Shown: positions 12,645 to 27,427 of the stretch, piece by piece | Numbering within the stretch: the stretch's first letter is position 1 | Layout: each line of letters starts with the position of its first letter | Assembly (NCBI RefSeq): GCF_000315625.1 | Contig: NW_005434626.1 | Location: forward strand, 383,448 to 447,447 | Direction: 5' to 3' | Source: Guillardia theta CCMP2712 | Taxonomy: Eukaryota > Protista > Cryptophyta | DNA length: 64,000 nucleotides | Made by a program: the position numbers and the translations under genes | The notes under the pieces: generated by a model | What the model saw: the letters and a program-made list of their open reading frames with translations, nothing else | The model's database searches: none | What the model was told of the DNA's origin: nothing

Positions 12645-13084
12645 CAGTAGTTGGCAAGCTATCTTGTCGTATCCAGCTCACGATGTCTCTCCCAGTCAGA
12701 ACATGCCATGCTTCTAACGCAATTGAGTGGTTGGGAAAGCGCTGGAATCTTGTCTTGGGCAGCCGGCACAACTTCACATCTCGCAGTGCTTCTCCTCCTC
12801 TCCTCCTCCTCCTCCCTCCTCCTCCTCCTCCCTCCTCCTCCTCTCTTCTTCCTTGTATCTCCTCCCTCCTCCTCCTCCTCCTCCTCCCTCCTCCTCTCTT
12901 CTTTCTTGTATCTCCTCCCTCCTCCTCCTCCCCTTCCTTCGCTACTCCTTCATGATGCCCTTGCGCCGCATGCTAGCTAGCATCGGGATACTTGAGGGTT
13001 CATCTACTAGTCGGTTAAAATAAGACCTTTCTGTGCCTTCGGGGTAATTTTAAGAGCTATGAGCTTATTTTAAGTCAAATCTTG

Positions 13085-14624
<1,540 letters not shown>

Positions 14625-15214
14625 CTGATGATGGAGAGTTTGAGAGGGCGTTGGCGGTTTTTGGGGTAATGGAGGATGGGGCGAGGAGGGCGAGCGGGGT
14701 AAGGGGGGGGTATGTTGGATAATGGAGGATAGGGGAGGAGGAGGAGGAGAAGGAAGTGGTGGTTGACGAGGACAGGAACGGACGAGGGGGAGGGGGAGGA
14801 GGAGGAGGAGGAGAGTTTGGTGTTAGTGTTTGCGATGGGTCTTTTGTTGGAGTGACTGGCTGGTGATCAGGGAAGAAGGAGGCGAGGCAGCAGGGCAGCC
14901 GATGGAAGGAGGAGGGGATGAGCCTGCTGGATGGCTCATCGGTCTTGAGCGGGGATGTGGCCTCCCTCCGAAGTTTCGGAGATCCTGACAGCTCGAGAGG
15001 ATCGATTGGGCTGATGATGACCTAGGGGGGATATGAAGAGAGAGAGAGAGAGGGAGAGGGAGAGGAGGAGGAAGAGAGGGTGCTGGTGGCAGTGATACAG
15101 AGTTGTAGAGTCTTGGCTTCTTCACGTGTGGTTTATTCATCTTGCTCTTGTTCTCTTCATCCTCCCCCTCCTCTCTCCCATGCTGCCTGGGGGATCCCCC
15201 CCCCTTGCCTCTTG

Positions 15215-17405
15215 CTATGCTCTCGATTCTTTCTCGCTCGTCCGTCTCTTCTGAACTTCTGCCGCATGACTCAACACTCCAGACTCCTCCTCCTCCTCCT
15301 CCTCCTCCACACCTTCAGCATCGTGATGCCCCCCCTCCTCTTCCTTCTCTTCTTCAGCCTTCTCCCCTTCCTCTGCCTGCTCCACCTCTTGGCCAGGAGG
15401 GAAAGAGCAGTAGGAGGTCGACTCAATCCTCCTGGTGTTGTATCCTCCGCACTGAGGATTGGGACATTTCAACCCGAGCACGTGAAACGTCGTCGTCCCC
15501 TTCGTCTGCACAAATGTTAGTTGTTCCACCGCCCCCCCCCTTCTTCAATGCCCTCTCTACCCCCTCCTCTTTCCCCCTTTTCCCTGCTCTCACCTCTTCC
15601 TCCCTGCTCCCTGCTCGCTCCCTGCTCCCTCCCCGCTTCTCTACTCGTCCCGCACGCAACCTTTTTCTCTACTGTGTCTCACCTGACAGTCGTTGCAAAG
15701 CACGCCGACGCTCTTGTTTGCAAACTCCTCCGGCATGGGAGTTTGAGCGAGAGCCAAATCCATCTAAGACATGTCAGGGGAAACATCTATGAAATATCTC
15801 ATTGTGCTCCTCCAATCAGACGGCCTTGCAAATCTCAACTCTATCACGCCATTTCTTGTCTTCATCCATCAACTTGGTCCTCCTCCGAACTCAGTCTTCT
15901 CTCTCATTCCCTCCCTACACCCATCCCCTCCTCTTCGCATCATCCAACCAAACACACTGACAACTCTCAGCTTGACGACCATGCCTCACCTGCCTCCAAT
16001 GAAACGTATGATCGATTAGCGTCTTGCTGCACAGCGGGCAAGTGTGTATGATGGTCTTGCTCGTCAAGAGCTTCTCCAGACATTTCTTGTGCAGAGTGTG
16101 GCCACATCGTAGGACGCGCACTTGCGATGTGCTGTGAAACAGATCCTGAAATCTTCAGAGTCAGTCCTCAATGAATCCTCATGGGACTTCACTACCTCCA
16201 GACAGACAGGGCAGTTGTGTCTCATCGCTCCTGCTATGCACCGATGATTGTCTCGGAGCTGCATAGCGTAGCAGCATCTGTGAATGATTATGACTCCGAT
16301 GAATGCAACGGATTGCCGTTTGTTTCCCTCCCCCATCACTTCAGCTAGAAACCCCCTCCCTCCCTGTCTCCCTCCTTCTTCCTCCAGCCCCCCCCCTCCC
16401 CTCCACCACCACCTCCTTGTCTCTTGACGGCAGAAAACTTGAGAGAAATAAGATCTCACCCGCAATTCAGGCAATGAAAGAAATTCTCCTTCCCCCAATG
16501 CGGCAGATACCGCATTCGTTGCAATGAAACACTCCCTTGTTCAGATCGTCGTCGTAGAACTGTTACGAGACAGGTGTCAAGCACAGCATGTAGAAGAGAA
16601 GAAGCTCAACCTTACAGACATCACAGTAATATGCTCCAAAGCAGAGCCCGCACCCCTCACAGAATTGTTTGGTCGTCTGTTCAAGATCACAGCGGCTACA
16701 GCGAACGAACTTGACCGAGAAACGATCCAACTGATGGGCCTTCAGAGGGTCTTTGCAACCTGCATCTTTGACTTCATTGTGACAATGTCGACACCAGAAC
16801 AGCTCGTTGCAGCATGGGGCTCTCAGCCTGCATCCTCTGCTGTAGTGACGGCACCCACGCCGAGCATCTGTCTCGTTCTTGAGTTGCGCGTCCAGTTCAG
16901 TGTAGTTTGTGTTGTACGGCATTCCATCCTCATCCACCATCTCGCTCGATGAGCTCTCTCCTCGCACATCGTCGTCATTGCGGCTCATGTCTTCCCCGTC
17001 TTGCTGAAAGTCTGTCGATCTGTACCCTGCCGACTGCGAGCGTTCCAGGGCAGAAATCTCTATCGTTGTGAAGTTGGAGTCTTGTGAGTATTGAGAAGAG
17101 TTCAAGTCCTCCTCTTCACTTTGAAACTCCCTGGAAACGTTCCCACACTCTCCCATGATCTCTTCCTCCCCCTCTGCCTCTCCTGATCCCTCCCCTCCCC
17201 GGATCCGTAATGGTCGGATCTCGGCACCATGAGCTTGCAGGGCGCATGGTCGACCGCATCCTGCATAGCCACGCCGAGGAGCTTCAAGGCCGTTTGACGC
17301 TAATGGGGGTCTTAGAGAAGATGGAGAAGAGGAGGGCCGGAAGAGGTCAGCAAGGGGGAGATGGCCGATCAGCAACAAGACGAAGAAACAACAAAAAAAT
17401 CTCAT
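15215..17405 (-). CDS. RCHY1: CHY-zinc finger/CTCHY/RING E3 ubiquitin ligase (RCHY1/Pirh2-like) with N-terminal signal-like extension
   Basis: [101 protein letters not shown]. Both ends approximate. Confidence 0.9.
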
Positions 17406-17960
17406 GCTGTTATGGTTTACAGGGCTCAGGATGAGGCTAGAGCCAGTGTCCTCACATGCGCAAGTGAAGTGTCGTGATAACTGTTGGTAGACAGGTCCCT
17501 CAGCATACACTGCAAGCACGTGCACACTGCTTTCGGGATCCTGTTGTATTTCCAGTCTTGCAACCCAGTCCCTCAACAAAGATGAATTACAAAGTGATGA
17601 TCTGATCAGGAAAGCGAAACTTCGGACGTGTCTGCTCTAGTCTTAATCGTTCATGGATGTTCTCATCCTTGAGGCTCTTCTTTCTGCGTGATCGCTTCAT
17701 CTCGTACCATTCCCGCTCTTTCTTGCTTCACGCCATTGCCCTGATCACGCCCGCACCCCCTTTCCCTCAATACCCATGACCCCCTTCATCTGGCCCACCC
17801 ACCCACCCACTACTGACCACATTCGAGAGAACTCTGAAATACGGAGATATTTTCAAATTAACTCAAGGAATTTAAGCTTTAATTTCAAGTTTTCAACTCT
17901 TGAAACCTTCAGCCGGCCTGGGCCCGCCCCGGTGGTGGTGGGCAGTGGAGCATATCGAAA

Positions 17961-19067
17961 ATGCAGGCACTGGCGTGTGAAGGAGGAGGAAGCAGGGGTT
18001 CTCCTACTGAAGGAGCCGAACAGATCAAGCCTGTCACTAGGTTGAGCTTCAAAGGAAGGCCCGGTGAGGACGGGTATGCCCGCCGTGTTCGCATCATCGA
18101 AGCCATGATGGCTTATTCTCCGGCTACAATGTTTGGGATAAAGGGTAAAGGAAAGGCGTATAAGGAAGTCTTAGAAATTCTCAATCGGGATGTGGTGTTT
18201 CATGATAGCTTGAAGGAAAATACTCTCCGAGAAAAATGGTGTGAAATCATGAAAGTCGTTGATAGGATTGTAGTAACAGGAGAGGAAAGTTATCTCAAGA
18301 CCTTGGAAAGCGAAGGAAAGCAGGCGACTAAGTTAGATGACCTTTACATCCTCCTTGCTCAGATGAAGGCGAAATGGGCAGATTCAGGAGGTGCGAGGGA
18401 TAGTGATGGTGACGAGGACGATATCCGGGTGCCCTACGTGACAGCTGCCTACTACGGCGATGACAAACGAAAGGATGTGAATGGCGAGGAGGCTGCGGAA
18501 CCGAAGACATCAGAACAGGACAAGGTCCTACAGGGGGAGACGCAGCCAGCTGTCACACGAGAAGACGCTCAGCACCTACGATGGGAGTCGAGCCCATCGA
18601 ACCAGCGGGATGAAGGAGGGACAGGGGGCAGCGACAAATCTCTCAAGTTGGCTAAGCGGATCAAGGTGTCTCGAAGCGTAGACGGTCTGCTGTTGCGCAT
18701 AGAAACTCAGAGGCTTCAAGCTGAGGCGGCCAAGACCCAGGCTGAGGCTGAGAAGATCAAAGCTGAGGCGGCCAAGGCCAAGGCAGAAGTAGAGAAGTTT
18801 CATGCGCAGACAGCGAGAATCGTTGCTCTCAAAGAGCAAAACGACAGCATAGCTCGCGTGCTGCAGGCTTTTGTCAATAGTGTGAAAGAAGGTGTAACAC
18901 TTCCTGCCGGAGTGATGGACATGCTCTCCAGCATAAAGCCTGGTGCCGCAGTGCTTCCGATGATAATGAAACCTAGGCTAGAACAGCTCGAGCCGGCGGC
19001 GGCATGCCGGCAGTGCCGCAACGGTCACCGGGTGCCGCCCTGCCACGACGCCGCCTATGCAAATTGA
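17961..19067 (+). CDS. Intronless ORF with Myb/SANT-like (trihelix/MADF-type) N-terminal domain and C-terminal coiled coil
   Basis: RVRIIEAMMAY...KGKAYKEVLEILN...LKENTLREKWCEIMK, then an acidic linker and EAAKTQAEAEKIKAEAAK coiled coil. Confidence 0.6.
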   Translation: MQALACEGGGSRGSPTEGAEQIKPVTRLSFKGRPGEDGYARRVRIIEAMMAYSPATMFGIKGKGKAYKEVLEILNRDVVFHDSLKENTLREKWCEIMKVVDRIVVTGEESYLKTLESEGKQATKLDDLYILLAQMKAKWADSGGARDSDGDEDDIRVPYVTAAYYGDDKRKDVNGEEAAEPKTSEQDKVLQGETQPAVTREDAQHLRWESSPSNQRDEGGTGGSDKSLKLAKRIKVSRSVDGLLLRIETQRLQAEAAKTQAEAEKIKAEAAKAKAEVEKFHAQTARIVALKEQNDSIARVLQAFVNSVKEGVTLPAGVMDMLSSIKPGAAVLPMIMKPRLEQLEPAAACRQCRNGHRVPPCHDAAYAN

Positions 19068-19495
19068 AGGCCCCGGCGGCCCGGTCACCGGTGGCCGACT
19101 GCCCGGAGCCTGAGAGACTCAGGTCATTCACTGGGGGCCGGGCCGTACACATCCTGAGTGGCACTGCGGCACTGTCACCGTCGATCTCCCGTCGCCAGGC
19201 CGCGCGGCGGGCTATTTTGCCCGTGTCGGATCGGACTCACTGACAGTGAGTCAGGCTCCGAGTCCGACTCACCGGGAAGCAGTCCGGGGAGTCCGATCAC
19301 GGGTGGCCGGCGGGCCGGGCGGCTCAGCGGCTGGGCTACTACCGGCGTGGCACTCAGTGCGCGGGCCGGTGACCCGCGCGGCCGTGGCAGCCTCGGCGGG
19401 CGGCGCCGGGCGGCCCGCGGCACATTGAGCCGCCGCCCGGGCCCGCGGCACATTGAACTCTCAGTCACTCAGGCCGGAGGCTGACTGAGCCTACT
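18990..19495. promoter_or_regulatory. GC-rich TGAGTCA/CCGG island followed by a TACCCC-rich tract (19540-19900) upstream of the kinase
   Basis: Same word composition as the other islands. Function is inferred. Confidence 0.4.
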
Positions 19496-19931
19496 GTAAC
19501 GATACATAACGGTCATGTGTGAAATCTTTACTCAAAGTTTTACACCACCCACCCCCTTCTCACAGATACGTAAAACTTCCACCATAGGTTTCATGTCATG
19601 GTACCCAAAAATTATCACTATAAAGTAGGGGTACTGTTGAAGTTCTTTTGCCCCCACCACATACAGAAGACCTGTCTCACCCCCAAGTTCGAAATTGTGT
19701 ACCCCTACCCCCAGTCTTTGAATCAGACCGGTATTTTATTTTCAGATATAGGGTGGGGTACTGTACTTGATTAATGAATATCTCAATTTTTGTGATAAAA
19801 TGGGGGTACTCAGATACCCTTATTCTACTAGTACCCTTCATTATATTACCCCTACCTACATACCTTGAAAATTACCCCTATCAAACAAAACCCACCCCTT
19901 GTCATCTTTCATCTGTTACACAGTGTGGGCA

Positions 19932-22442
19932 ATGGCGATGCGAGCCGCGGTAGCGGCGCTCATGATAGGCAGCGCCGCTGCATGGAGCAGCACCTATCCT
20001 TTGCCTGACCATCACAGCAGAAGCTCTGTTGTTAAGACTGAAACAACCTGCATGCGAGCTCGTGCTGTCTCCTCCTCCTCGTCTTCGATCCACGGTTCAG
20101 CCTCCATCCCGATGACTTCGTACTCGTTAGGATCGGGAGGAGGGGCACGGGCACACTCGGTTGGTCGCCAAGACCGAAGATCCTTCGCCAAGTGGAAGGC
20201 TGAGCTGCAGTTTTATCTCGCTCAAGACCTCAACATCAACTGGAACAAGCCCGCGGCTGCTGGGAATTTCGGAGCCGTGTACTACGGATCTGTCAAGGGG
20301 GGGGAAAGCGTGGTGGTGAAGTGTCCGGTGCTGGAAGAATTCAGCTTGAAGCTGTTTGACACAGAGAGAGCGGTGAACATCAAGCTCACAACTTCAGCAG
20401 GAAATCTTGAATCAGTTCCATGGGCGAAGATGCTCGGCGAAGTTAATGTACCGGAGTCTATATCGTTCCCGAAGAACCTCGCACGCATTGGGATCGTCTG
20501 GCGAAAGGAGGGAGATGGCTCGACCCTGGAAGACTATCTGTCTGGAGGAAAGGATCCGTATCGAGCTCTCGGCATCACGGAGTCTGGAAGGCAAGCGCTC
20601 CGGCCTGACCTGTCCAAGAATGTGATGGGGCAGATGCTGATAGCTCTCATCCAGATGCAGGACAAGGGGATCATGCACAGGGACATCAAGCCGAGCAACA
20701 CGCTCGTTGTGCCGGGAGATCGGGAGCACCCCCTCAAGATCATCGACTTCGGAAGCAGCTGCGACTGGAACGACCCGCTCAAGAAGGGGCTGGGAGACGC
20801 TACCTGCGACCCAATGTACGCTCCTCCGGAGAAGACGCTGCAGTTCCTTGGGCCAGGAAAGTTTGACGTGTACTCGGTGGGGATGATGGGCATCAGGGTT
20901 CTGTTTCCTTCCCTGACGCGGGGAGGTGTGACGCAAAACTGGCCTGGAGGGTACTTCCAGGAGTTTGCGGAGGAGACCCTTCCTAAGTACTCGTGGAACT
21001 TCCGGCAGTGGATCAAGGATACGGCGGAGAGGAAGGAGCTCGGGAAGCTGGCTGAGGAGTGTGCGCAGGCCTCTGAAGATCCGAGTGTTGCGGTAGCTCT
21101 CGCTGCTCAGTAACCGGGAGGACAAGGAAGCTGACTCCCTTCCGCAGCCTCTGCTCGACCTCATCTGCAAGCTCATCGAGAAGAACACCTTCTCCCGCCC
21201 CACAGCCCAGCAGGCTGTTGCTCAGGTGAAGCTCAGCTGATGCCCAGCTCCCTGCATGCCCTCGTGACTCTGGTGGTGTAGCTCGGACCTGAATGGGCTG
21301 CTCGAGCCAACATCGAAATCAAGATCAAGAAGGATGCTGAAGCTGCGCAGAAGAGAGAGGTGCCGGTGCCGCTGTGCTCCTTATCGTTCTGACGAGTAGG
21401 ATGATGGCAGGATGAGGCGAGACGGCAGGAGGCTGCCAAGCGAGCAGAGGCCGAGAGGCGCGAGCGAGACGCGGCTGAGCTGGAGGAGAACAAGAGGAGG
21501 AAGCAAGCGGAGGATGCAGCGCTGCAAGCATCCAAGGCAGAAGAGCAGAGGCTGTTGAATCTTATTGGCAGCAGGGACTCCAAGGTGGGGGGAAGACAGG
21601 GCTCGATGGCCTTCGGGCTGGGAGGGGGGAGGGGAAGAGAACTGGGGGACCGGGACATCGCCAATGTGGTACCAGAGACATGGAAGGAGGGGCAGGAGTT
21701 CTTCCGCTCCCCTCAGTTCAGCTTCCGGCTCGGGGAGATCGTCGTCTCGTTCCGGTCTGACGGGTCACGAAGGTTCGGGAAGATTGTGCAGGTCAACGGC
21801 GACAACACCTACGACGTGCTGGTGGATCGCGCAGGTGGGGAGGGAGCTGGACAGTTCCGCACCGATCGTGCGAAGGACATAGGGAAGATCGCAGCGGGCA
21901 GGAGCTTGCAGGATGAGTTGAGGGCGTCTGATAGGACCAAGGAGAGCCTGCAGAGGAGTGACAGGAAAGAGAGGGCGAGCAAGGCCAAGATCGGGGACCC
22001 GATCCCTCCCGAGTGGCAGGCGGGGTCGGACTTTGCCTTGTCACCTACGTCCTCCTTCAAGAGCGGGGAGATTGTCGTTGCAGCTCGCACCGACGGCTCC
22101 CTCCGCTTCGGAGCTGTAAAGTCTGTGCAAGGGGACGGCCTGTATGAGGTAACGCCCCCCTCCCCTCCCCTCCTTCGCTCCTCTATGATCGTCATCGTTG
22201 TCCTCATCCTTCCCTCCCTTCTCTTCTCCTCCATGTCTGGTTTCTTGCACAGCTCCACTCGACTACAGTCTTCCTGCCACGCCGCCTCCCTCGCCCCCCC
22301 CCCCCCCCCCCTCCCATCCTCCTCCTCCCTCTCTCCCTACCACACCTCCACGCCAGGTCTTGACCTTGTGCTGTAGGTTCAAGTGGATCAGAGCGGCAGG
22401 CGCATCTACTTCGCTGGCTCTCTTGGAAAGGTGCAGACATGA
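19932..22442 (+). CDS. Plastid-targeted Ser/Thr kinase, STN7/STN8/STT7-like, with coiled coil and two C-terminal SH3/Tudor-like repeats
   Basis: Signal peptide MAMRAAVAALMIGSAAA|W plus Ser-rich transit peptide. GNFGAVYYG, VVVK, HRDIKPSN, IIDFG and DPMYAPPE, resembling the STN7 DPRYAAPE. 3' end approximate. Confidence 0.75.
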
Positions 22443-22570
22443 TGAAGGGCAGGAGGAGGGGAGGAAACACTGTTAAATTACAAGAAGAAATAGGTCTTTG
22501 ACAAGCAACTCTGTGACGTTCTTGACTCGTTGACGTCTCTGTGATGAGAGGTTGTAAAAAGCACCGGAGT

Positions 22571-23650
22571 TCATCCTAATGCGATCTCCATGATGTCAAC
22601 TTTGTGAGATCGTGGCACGAATGATTGTTGAAGTTGCTCCCCAACCATTCTTGTCAGCGGAAAGACTTTCCATTCCACCTTCAGCTTGGAATCAATCGGC
22701 TCTTGTCCAGTCATCTTGAACAACATGTATCTTTCCATGTTGACAATCTCTTCCTGCACGACCTGGCACACCTCTCACTAGAACAAGAGGAGGAGAAGAG
22801 GCATCTCACCTTACCGCATCCCAAACAAAGGATGCAAGTCGACTGTGACATGAAAATTCCATACAGGCCCAGGTCAACATATTTGTCTAACTGCAATTCG
22901 ATTGCTCGATCTTCAGCTGGCACGAGCACCAAGGCCATCATCGACTTATCCTCTATCACATCTCCCCATGAATCAAGAAACCGATCTTGATCCTCCTCGT
23001 ACCTACCAGCTACGCATCATGCTGATGGTTTTGGTATCACATCAACTCGCACAAGACAGCGACTAACAAGACGTCTTGCTCTTTGACGAGCTCTGGTATT
23101 ACAGCTGTCAATCAAATCATTCAGCATTCTGAACATCATCATCTCTGCATGTTGACATACATGTAAACCCTCCATTCTCCCAGTTGTCCCCGTCCCATAT
23201 CACAGTCTTGGCCTGCCGCTCTTGGATGATGTTCTTGCAGCCATCAAATGCTCGCCTTGTCGCTGGCTCATCCCGATTCAGTCCTCGTCCGAATCCCTGA
23301 GCGCTCGACTATCAGCAAGGAGGAGGTGGTGGGAGAAGGATGATGGTACCTTCAAGTGAACGACAGGAGCTCGAATCAGCCTCCTCCCTTCCTCTCCTCC
23401 TCTTACTATTCGAAAATTCTCTCGTCCTCCTTTCATCAGTTGTGCTTCTCCTTTCATGCAGCCACTAGCCAACCTTTCCCCCTCCTTGCTGTTACTGCTA
23501 CTAATACTGCTGTTACTGCTACTTCCCCTCCTTGCTGCTGCTGCTGCCGCCGCCGCCGCCGCTGATGCTCCTCCTCCTCCCCCCCTCCCTTACGGGATGA
23601 ACCTGGTCGTGAACCAGGTCGTGCAGGTCGTGTACTAGTGGTCGTGTACA
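22571..23650 (-). CDS. Hypothetical multi-exon protein
   Basis: Coding-like exons bounded by GT/AG (EEDQDRFLDSWGDVIEDKSMMALVLVPAEDRAIELQLDKYVD; VVQEEIVNMERYMLFKMTGQEPIDSKLKVEWK). No family recognised. Confidence 0.5.
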
Positions 23651-24046
23651 TTTTTGGTCGGGTCAGCTGAGGGACGAGGGCCAGGAGCATGAAATGAACT
23701 GCGAAGCGACTATGCAGCCGAGGCGATGGGAGGAGGAGGAGGAGGAGAGGAGCCAGGAAGAGACAGAGGGAGAGAAGAGGGGAGGAGAGGGGAGGAGAGA
23801 GGAGAGGAGAGGAGAGGAGAGGAGGAAGGGGAGGGGAGGGGAGGGGAGGAGCGAGAGGGAGGAAGAGGTGAAGACTGAGGCAGGGGGATAGTCGAGGGGT
23901 ACTGATCAAAGTGTTCAAGAAACAATGAAGTGTAACAAAAGCACGAGTTGCAATGATTGAGATGCGGGGCATAATAGTCGATTGTGGTCTTGTTGGGAAC
24001 TCATCACTTGTGTGATTGCAGTGCTCCATGCCTCTTGTTCGCTAGG

Positions 24047-27000
24047 ATGTCCGGAGCTGATAACCCTGGTGATTTTTCCTCGCACTTTGTTGGAGATCCG
24101 CTGATTGAAATATCCTTGCAAAGTCTCCTTTGTGCTCAAAGTGGGAGATGATATTACCAGCAGCCTGACAGCAGGGATCAATGAAATCATCAAGCTGATC
24201 CCTTCCGAGCATCAAGAGATTCCTTCCTCACAGCCGGTACCTGCTGCGCCCAACAACACACCAGGAATTGTACCCGAGGGCGGCGGATCGACAGGAGAAG
24301 TGGAGGAAATTTGGGACGAGGAGGAAGCAGAGGACGAGGTGACTTTGTGCGAGCATGAGGGCGGCGAGGCGAGGGAGGGGAGAATGTGAGATGCTCTTTA
24401 CAGCAGGATGAAGAAGCGGTTGCCAGGTTGCTCCTGCAGCACCAAGATACAGCATGGATCCAGGTCACGAGCCGACGAGACCGAGGAGGAGAGAGGATAA
24501 GGGAGAGGGAGGGGAGGGGAGAGGGAGAGGGAGGGGAGAAGAGTAGAGGAGCGGAGAGGAATGAGGAAGGGGAGGAGAGGAGAGGGGAGAGGGAGGAGAG
24601 GAGGAGAGGAGGGGACTCTCCGGAGGGGAGGGACTTAAGCTGCTGAGAAAGAGTGTTTGATATGTTTCATTACGTGCAGGTTCGCAAGCAGCTTTTTGAC
24701 ATGGAGGATGATTTCAAGGAATGTGTTTACGTAGAGACATGATTTCAGTCAAGATGCTTGTTGTTGATGTCTTGCTAGGAGAACTACCATCTGTTGTGCA
24801 GAAAGTCGTTTGTACAGCGATGGATCAACTCTTGCAAGTGATAAGGAAACATTGGATGATGTTGATATGACGGAAAATGATAGTGGAGATGTCGAGCGGA
24901 CAGTGACCAGATTGAAGAAACACTTGAAGTGGAGAACAAGGTTATTGAACTTGTTGTTGTTCTCTTGCGTGTCATGATGGTTTGAGAAGTTACAAGATCA
25001 ACACAATCCTGAGCGAAGATTGGAGCCAATTCGACCAGTGAGTGGAAGATGTTTCTATCTTTTTTTTGCATACTCGGTGGACTTTTTCCTTGTATGTGCA
25101 CTAGTTTTCTGCAATTTTCCGTTCCATGTTCTTTTTCTTGTTCGATGATGTTGTTGTCATCGGGATGTTTGTTGGGTGAACATGAAGGACTGTGAGGAAA
25201 TTCTTGATCTTATCTTTCGTCGATAATGACAAGAATTGCTGTCTCTGAGCAGAGAAGAGATGTATGCCAGTGGAATAGACCTCAATGGCATTCCGTCCAT
25301 GACGTGGAGGTTGTCAAAACACAAGTGAGTGACGATGTGCTGCTGCTGCTAATCCTTCTCCTCCTCCTCCTCCTCCATCTCCTCCTCCTCCTCCTCCTCC
25401 TCGTCCTCCTCCTCCTCCTCTTCATATATCGTTCGCACCTTCCTTTCCTCCTCCTGATCGTCATCATCCATTCTTGCTTGTTGTTGTTCCTCTTCGCGTT
25501 ACTCAAATCAGCTCCCAAACAGGAGGAGTTCGATCTCAGTGGAAGACTACATGCGCTTCTTGGTTCTCGGACGGATCCAAAATGTTGCGATGTGATTTGA
25601 TGAATGTAGATATGTGCTATGGAGAAGACGTGGGCGACGAATCCTTATGCTGCTCATATGTCGGTGGTGAGATGAAAATGACGATGATTTCTCGACGCTG
25701 CGATCCTGTTTTTCATGGTTCTTGCTTTGATTGTCGTTCAGATCTGCGATTGTACCGACATGTCTCTTACAAACTTTGATATTCCTCTCTTTTACAAGGT
25801 GCTTCGATTTCGTTTTTTATGTGTTACTGAAAATCTGCTAGTGCATGGAAACTGTTGTTGAGAATTACCCAGACAATCTGGAGCACATCTTTATCTTCCC
25901 GGTATCGCTACTTCTTCTACTTTTCTATCTGATTTCTTTCTGATTGTACAGGTGATCTGGGTTGTGGATCAGGTAGATACCGACATTGTTGTTGGTGTAA
26001 TTGTCATTGTCGGGGGACAGGCTGTCAGTCTGGCAAAGAAGATTGTTGCAGAGGAGACGGCGCGCAAAGTTTGAGTTGTCTGTCATAATTGAGGGCAATG
26101 ATGGATGTTTGCAGGCAAAGATATGGAGTGAAGCATCTTGTAACTACGACAACATCTTATACTTTGCGATTGCTCTTACGTTACAATGACAGTTGTGAAG
26201 CTACAAGAGTACTTTCCAACTGATCAGGTGTAGAGACCAAAGTCTGTTTTGATCACCGAGGTTGTGATACAAGTGATATAATAGATTGAAGAGCGTTTTG
26301 GTGGAAGTTTTCGACCGAATACTTCATCATCTCATGTGGTTCTCGTTTGTTTATCTTGAGCTCCTCTGATTTGATTCTTGTCAGAGAAATCACAAAGCGT
26401 TGTTGAGACGATTTCCGCAATGCTCGGAGGTTTGTGACGTCTGCCAGATGAAAAGGAGAAAGAGAGAAGTTGGGAGGAGAGGAGAGGAGGGAAAGAGGAG
26501 AAGAGAGGGTGAAAGAAGGGGAGGGGAAGAGGAGGAGAGTATGATAGAGGAGGGGAGCAAAATGACAAGTTCATGATTACATATGAAGAGATGTAAGATG
26601 TTGATGATAAGGGCATGAAATATGCAGTGATATGAGGGAAAGACCCTGCGTGGTACACACAGAAATAAATTTGTTTCTTGACATCAAGGCTGCCAGGTCT
26701 ACAAGCTGGAATCAAGACTGCTACAGCTGAGGTCGACTGACTCACATTATTCGTGCGTAACTTCTGAATGGCAGGGATGAGGAGATGATGTGCAAATCTG
26801 AGAGAAGAAGGGGAGAGGAAGACGGAAGGAGAGGAGACGAGGAGAATGATGAAAGAGGAAGAAGAGGTCTTGCGATCGATGGGAAAGGAGAGGAGAGTGA
26901 AGATCGTCGTCGAAACGGAGAGGTAAGAGATGGTATCAATCTATACAACAAGTCCCTGCTGACATGACATCGTCATCGTCATTGTCATCGTCATCATCTT

Positions 27001-27427
27001 CTTCCTCCTCCTCATGGCGTCTTCAGCAGCAGCAACAAGAACAAACTCTAATTGAGCATCCCAAGACAGACAGGCAAATGTTGAAAGCAAGGACTTCACT
27101 CCCTGCCCAGACATTCACATTTCTCACTCACGTGGTAAAGCTGATCCCACCCTTCTCCTTCACCCCTGCTCTACACTGACCTCCTCCGCTGTCCTCTTCT
27201 CTCCTCTCTTCTGCTGTCCTCTGCTGTTCTCCTCTCCCCTCCTCTCCTCTCCCCTCTCTCCTCTCCTCTCCCCTCTCCTCTCTCCTCTCCTCTCTTCCAT
27301 CCTCTCCTCTCCTCTCCTGACTGGGCATCAGGTGCGTGTAGTCTTCAACAAGATCTTTCAGACTTCATTCCAACTCCTTCAAACTCTCTTATCAAGGAAA
27401 CCAAGTCAGCCCCATCCGAGTGACTGA
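24047..27427 (+). CDS. CRAL-TRIO/SEC14 lipid-binding protein, highly fragmented exons
   Basis: Spliced pieces ERTVTRLKKHLKW, YASGIDLNGIPSMTWR, ENYPDNLEHIFIFP, KKIVAEETARK, LQEYFPTDQIEERFGG. Both ends approximate. Confidence 0.75.
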
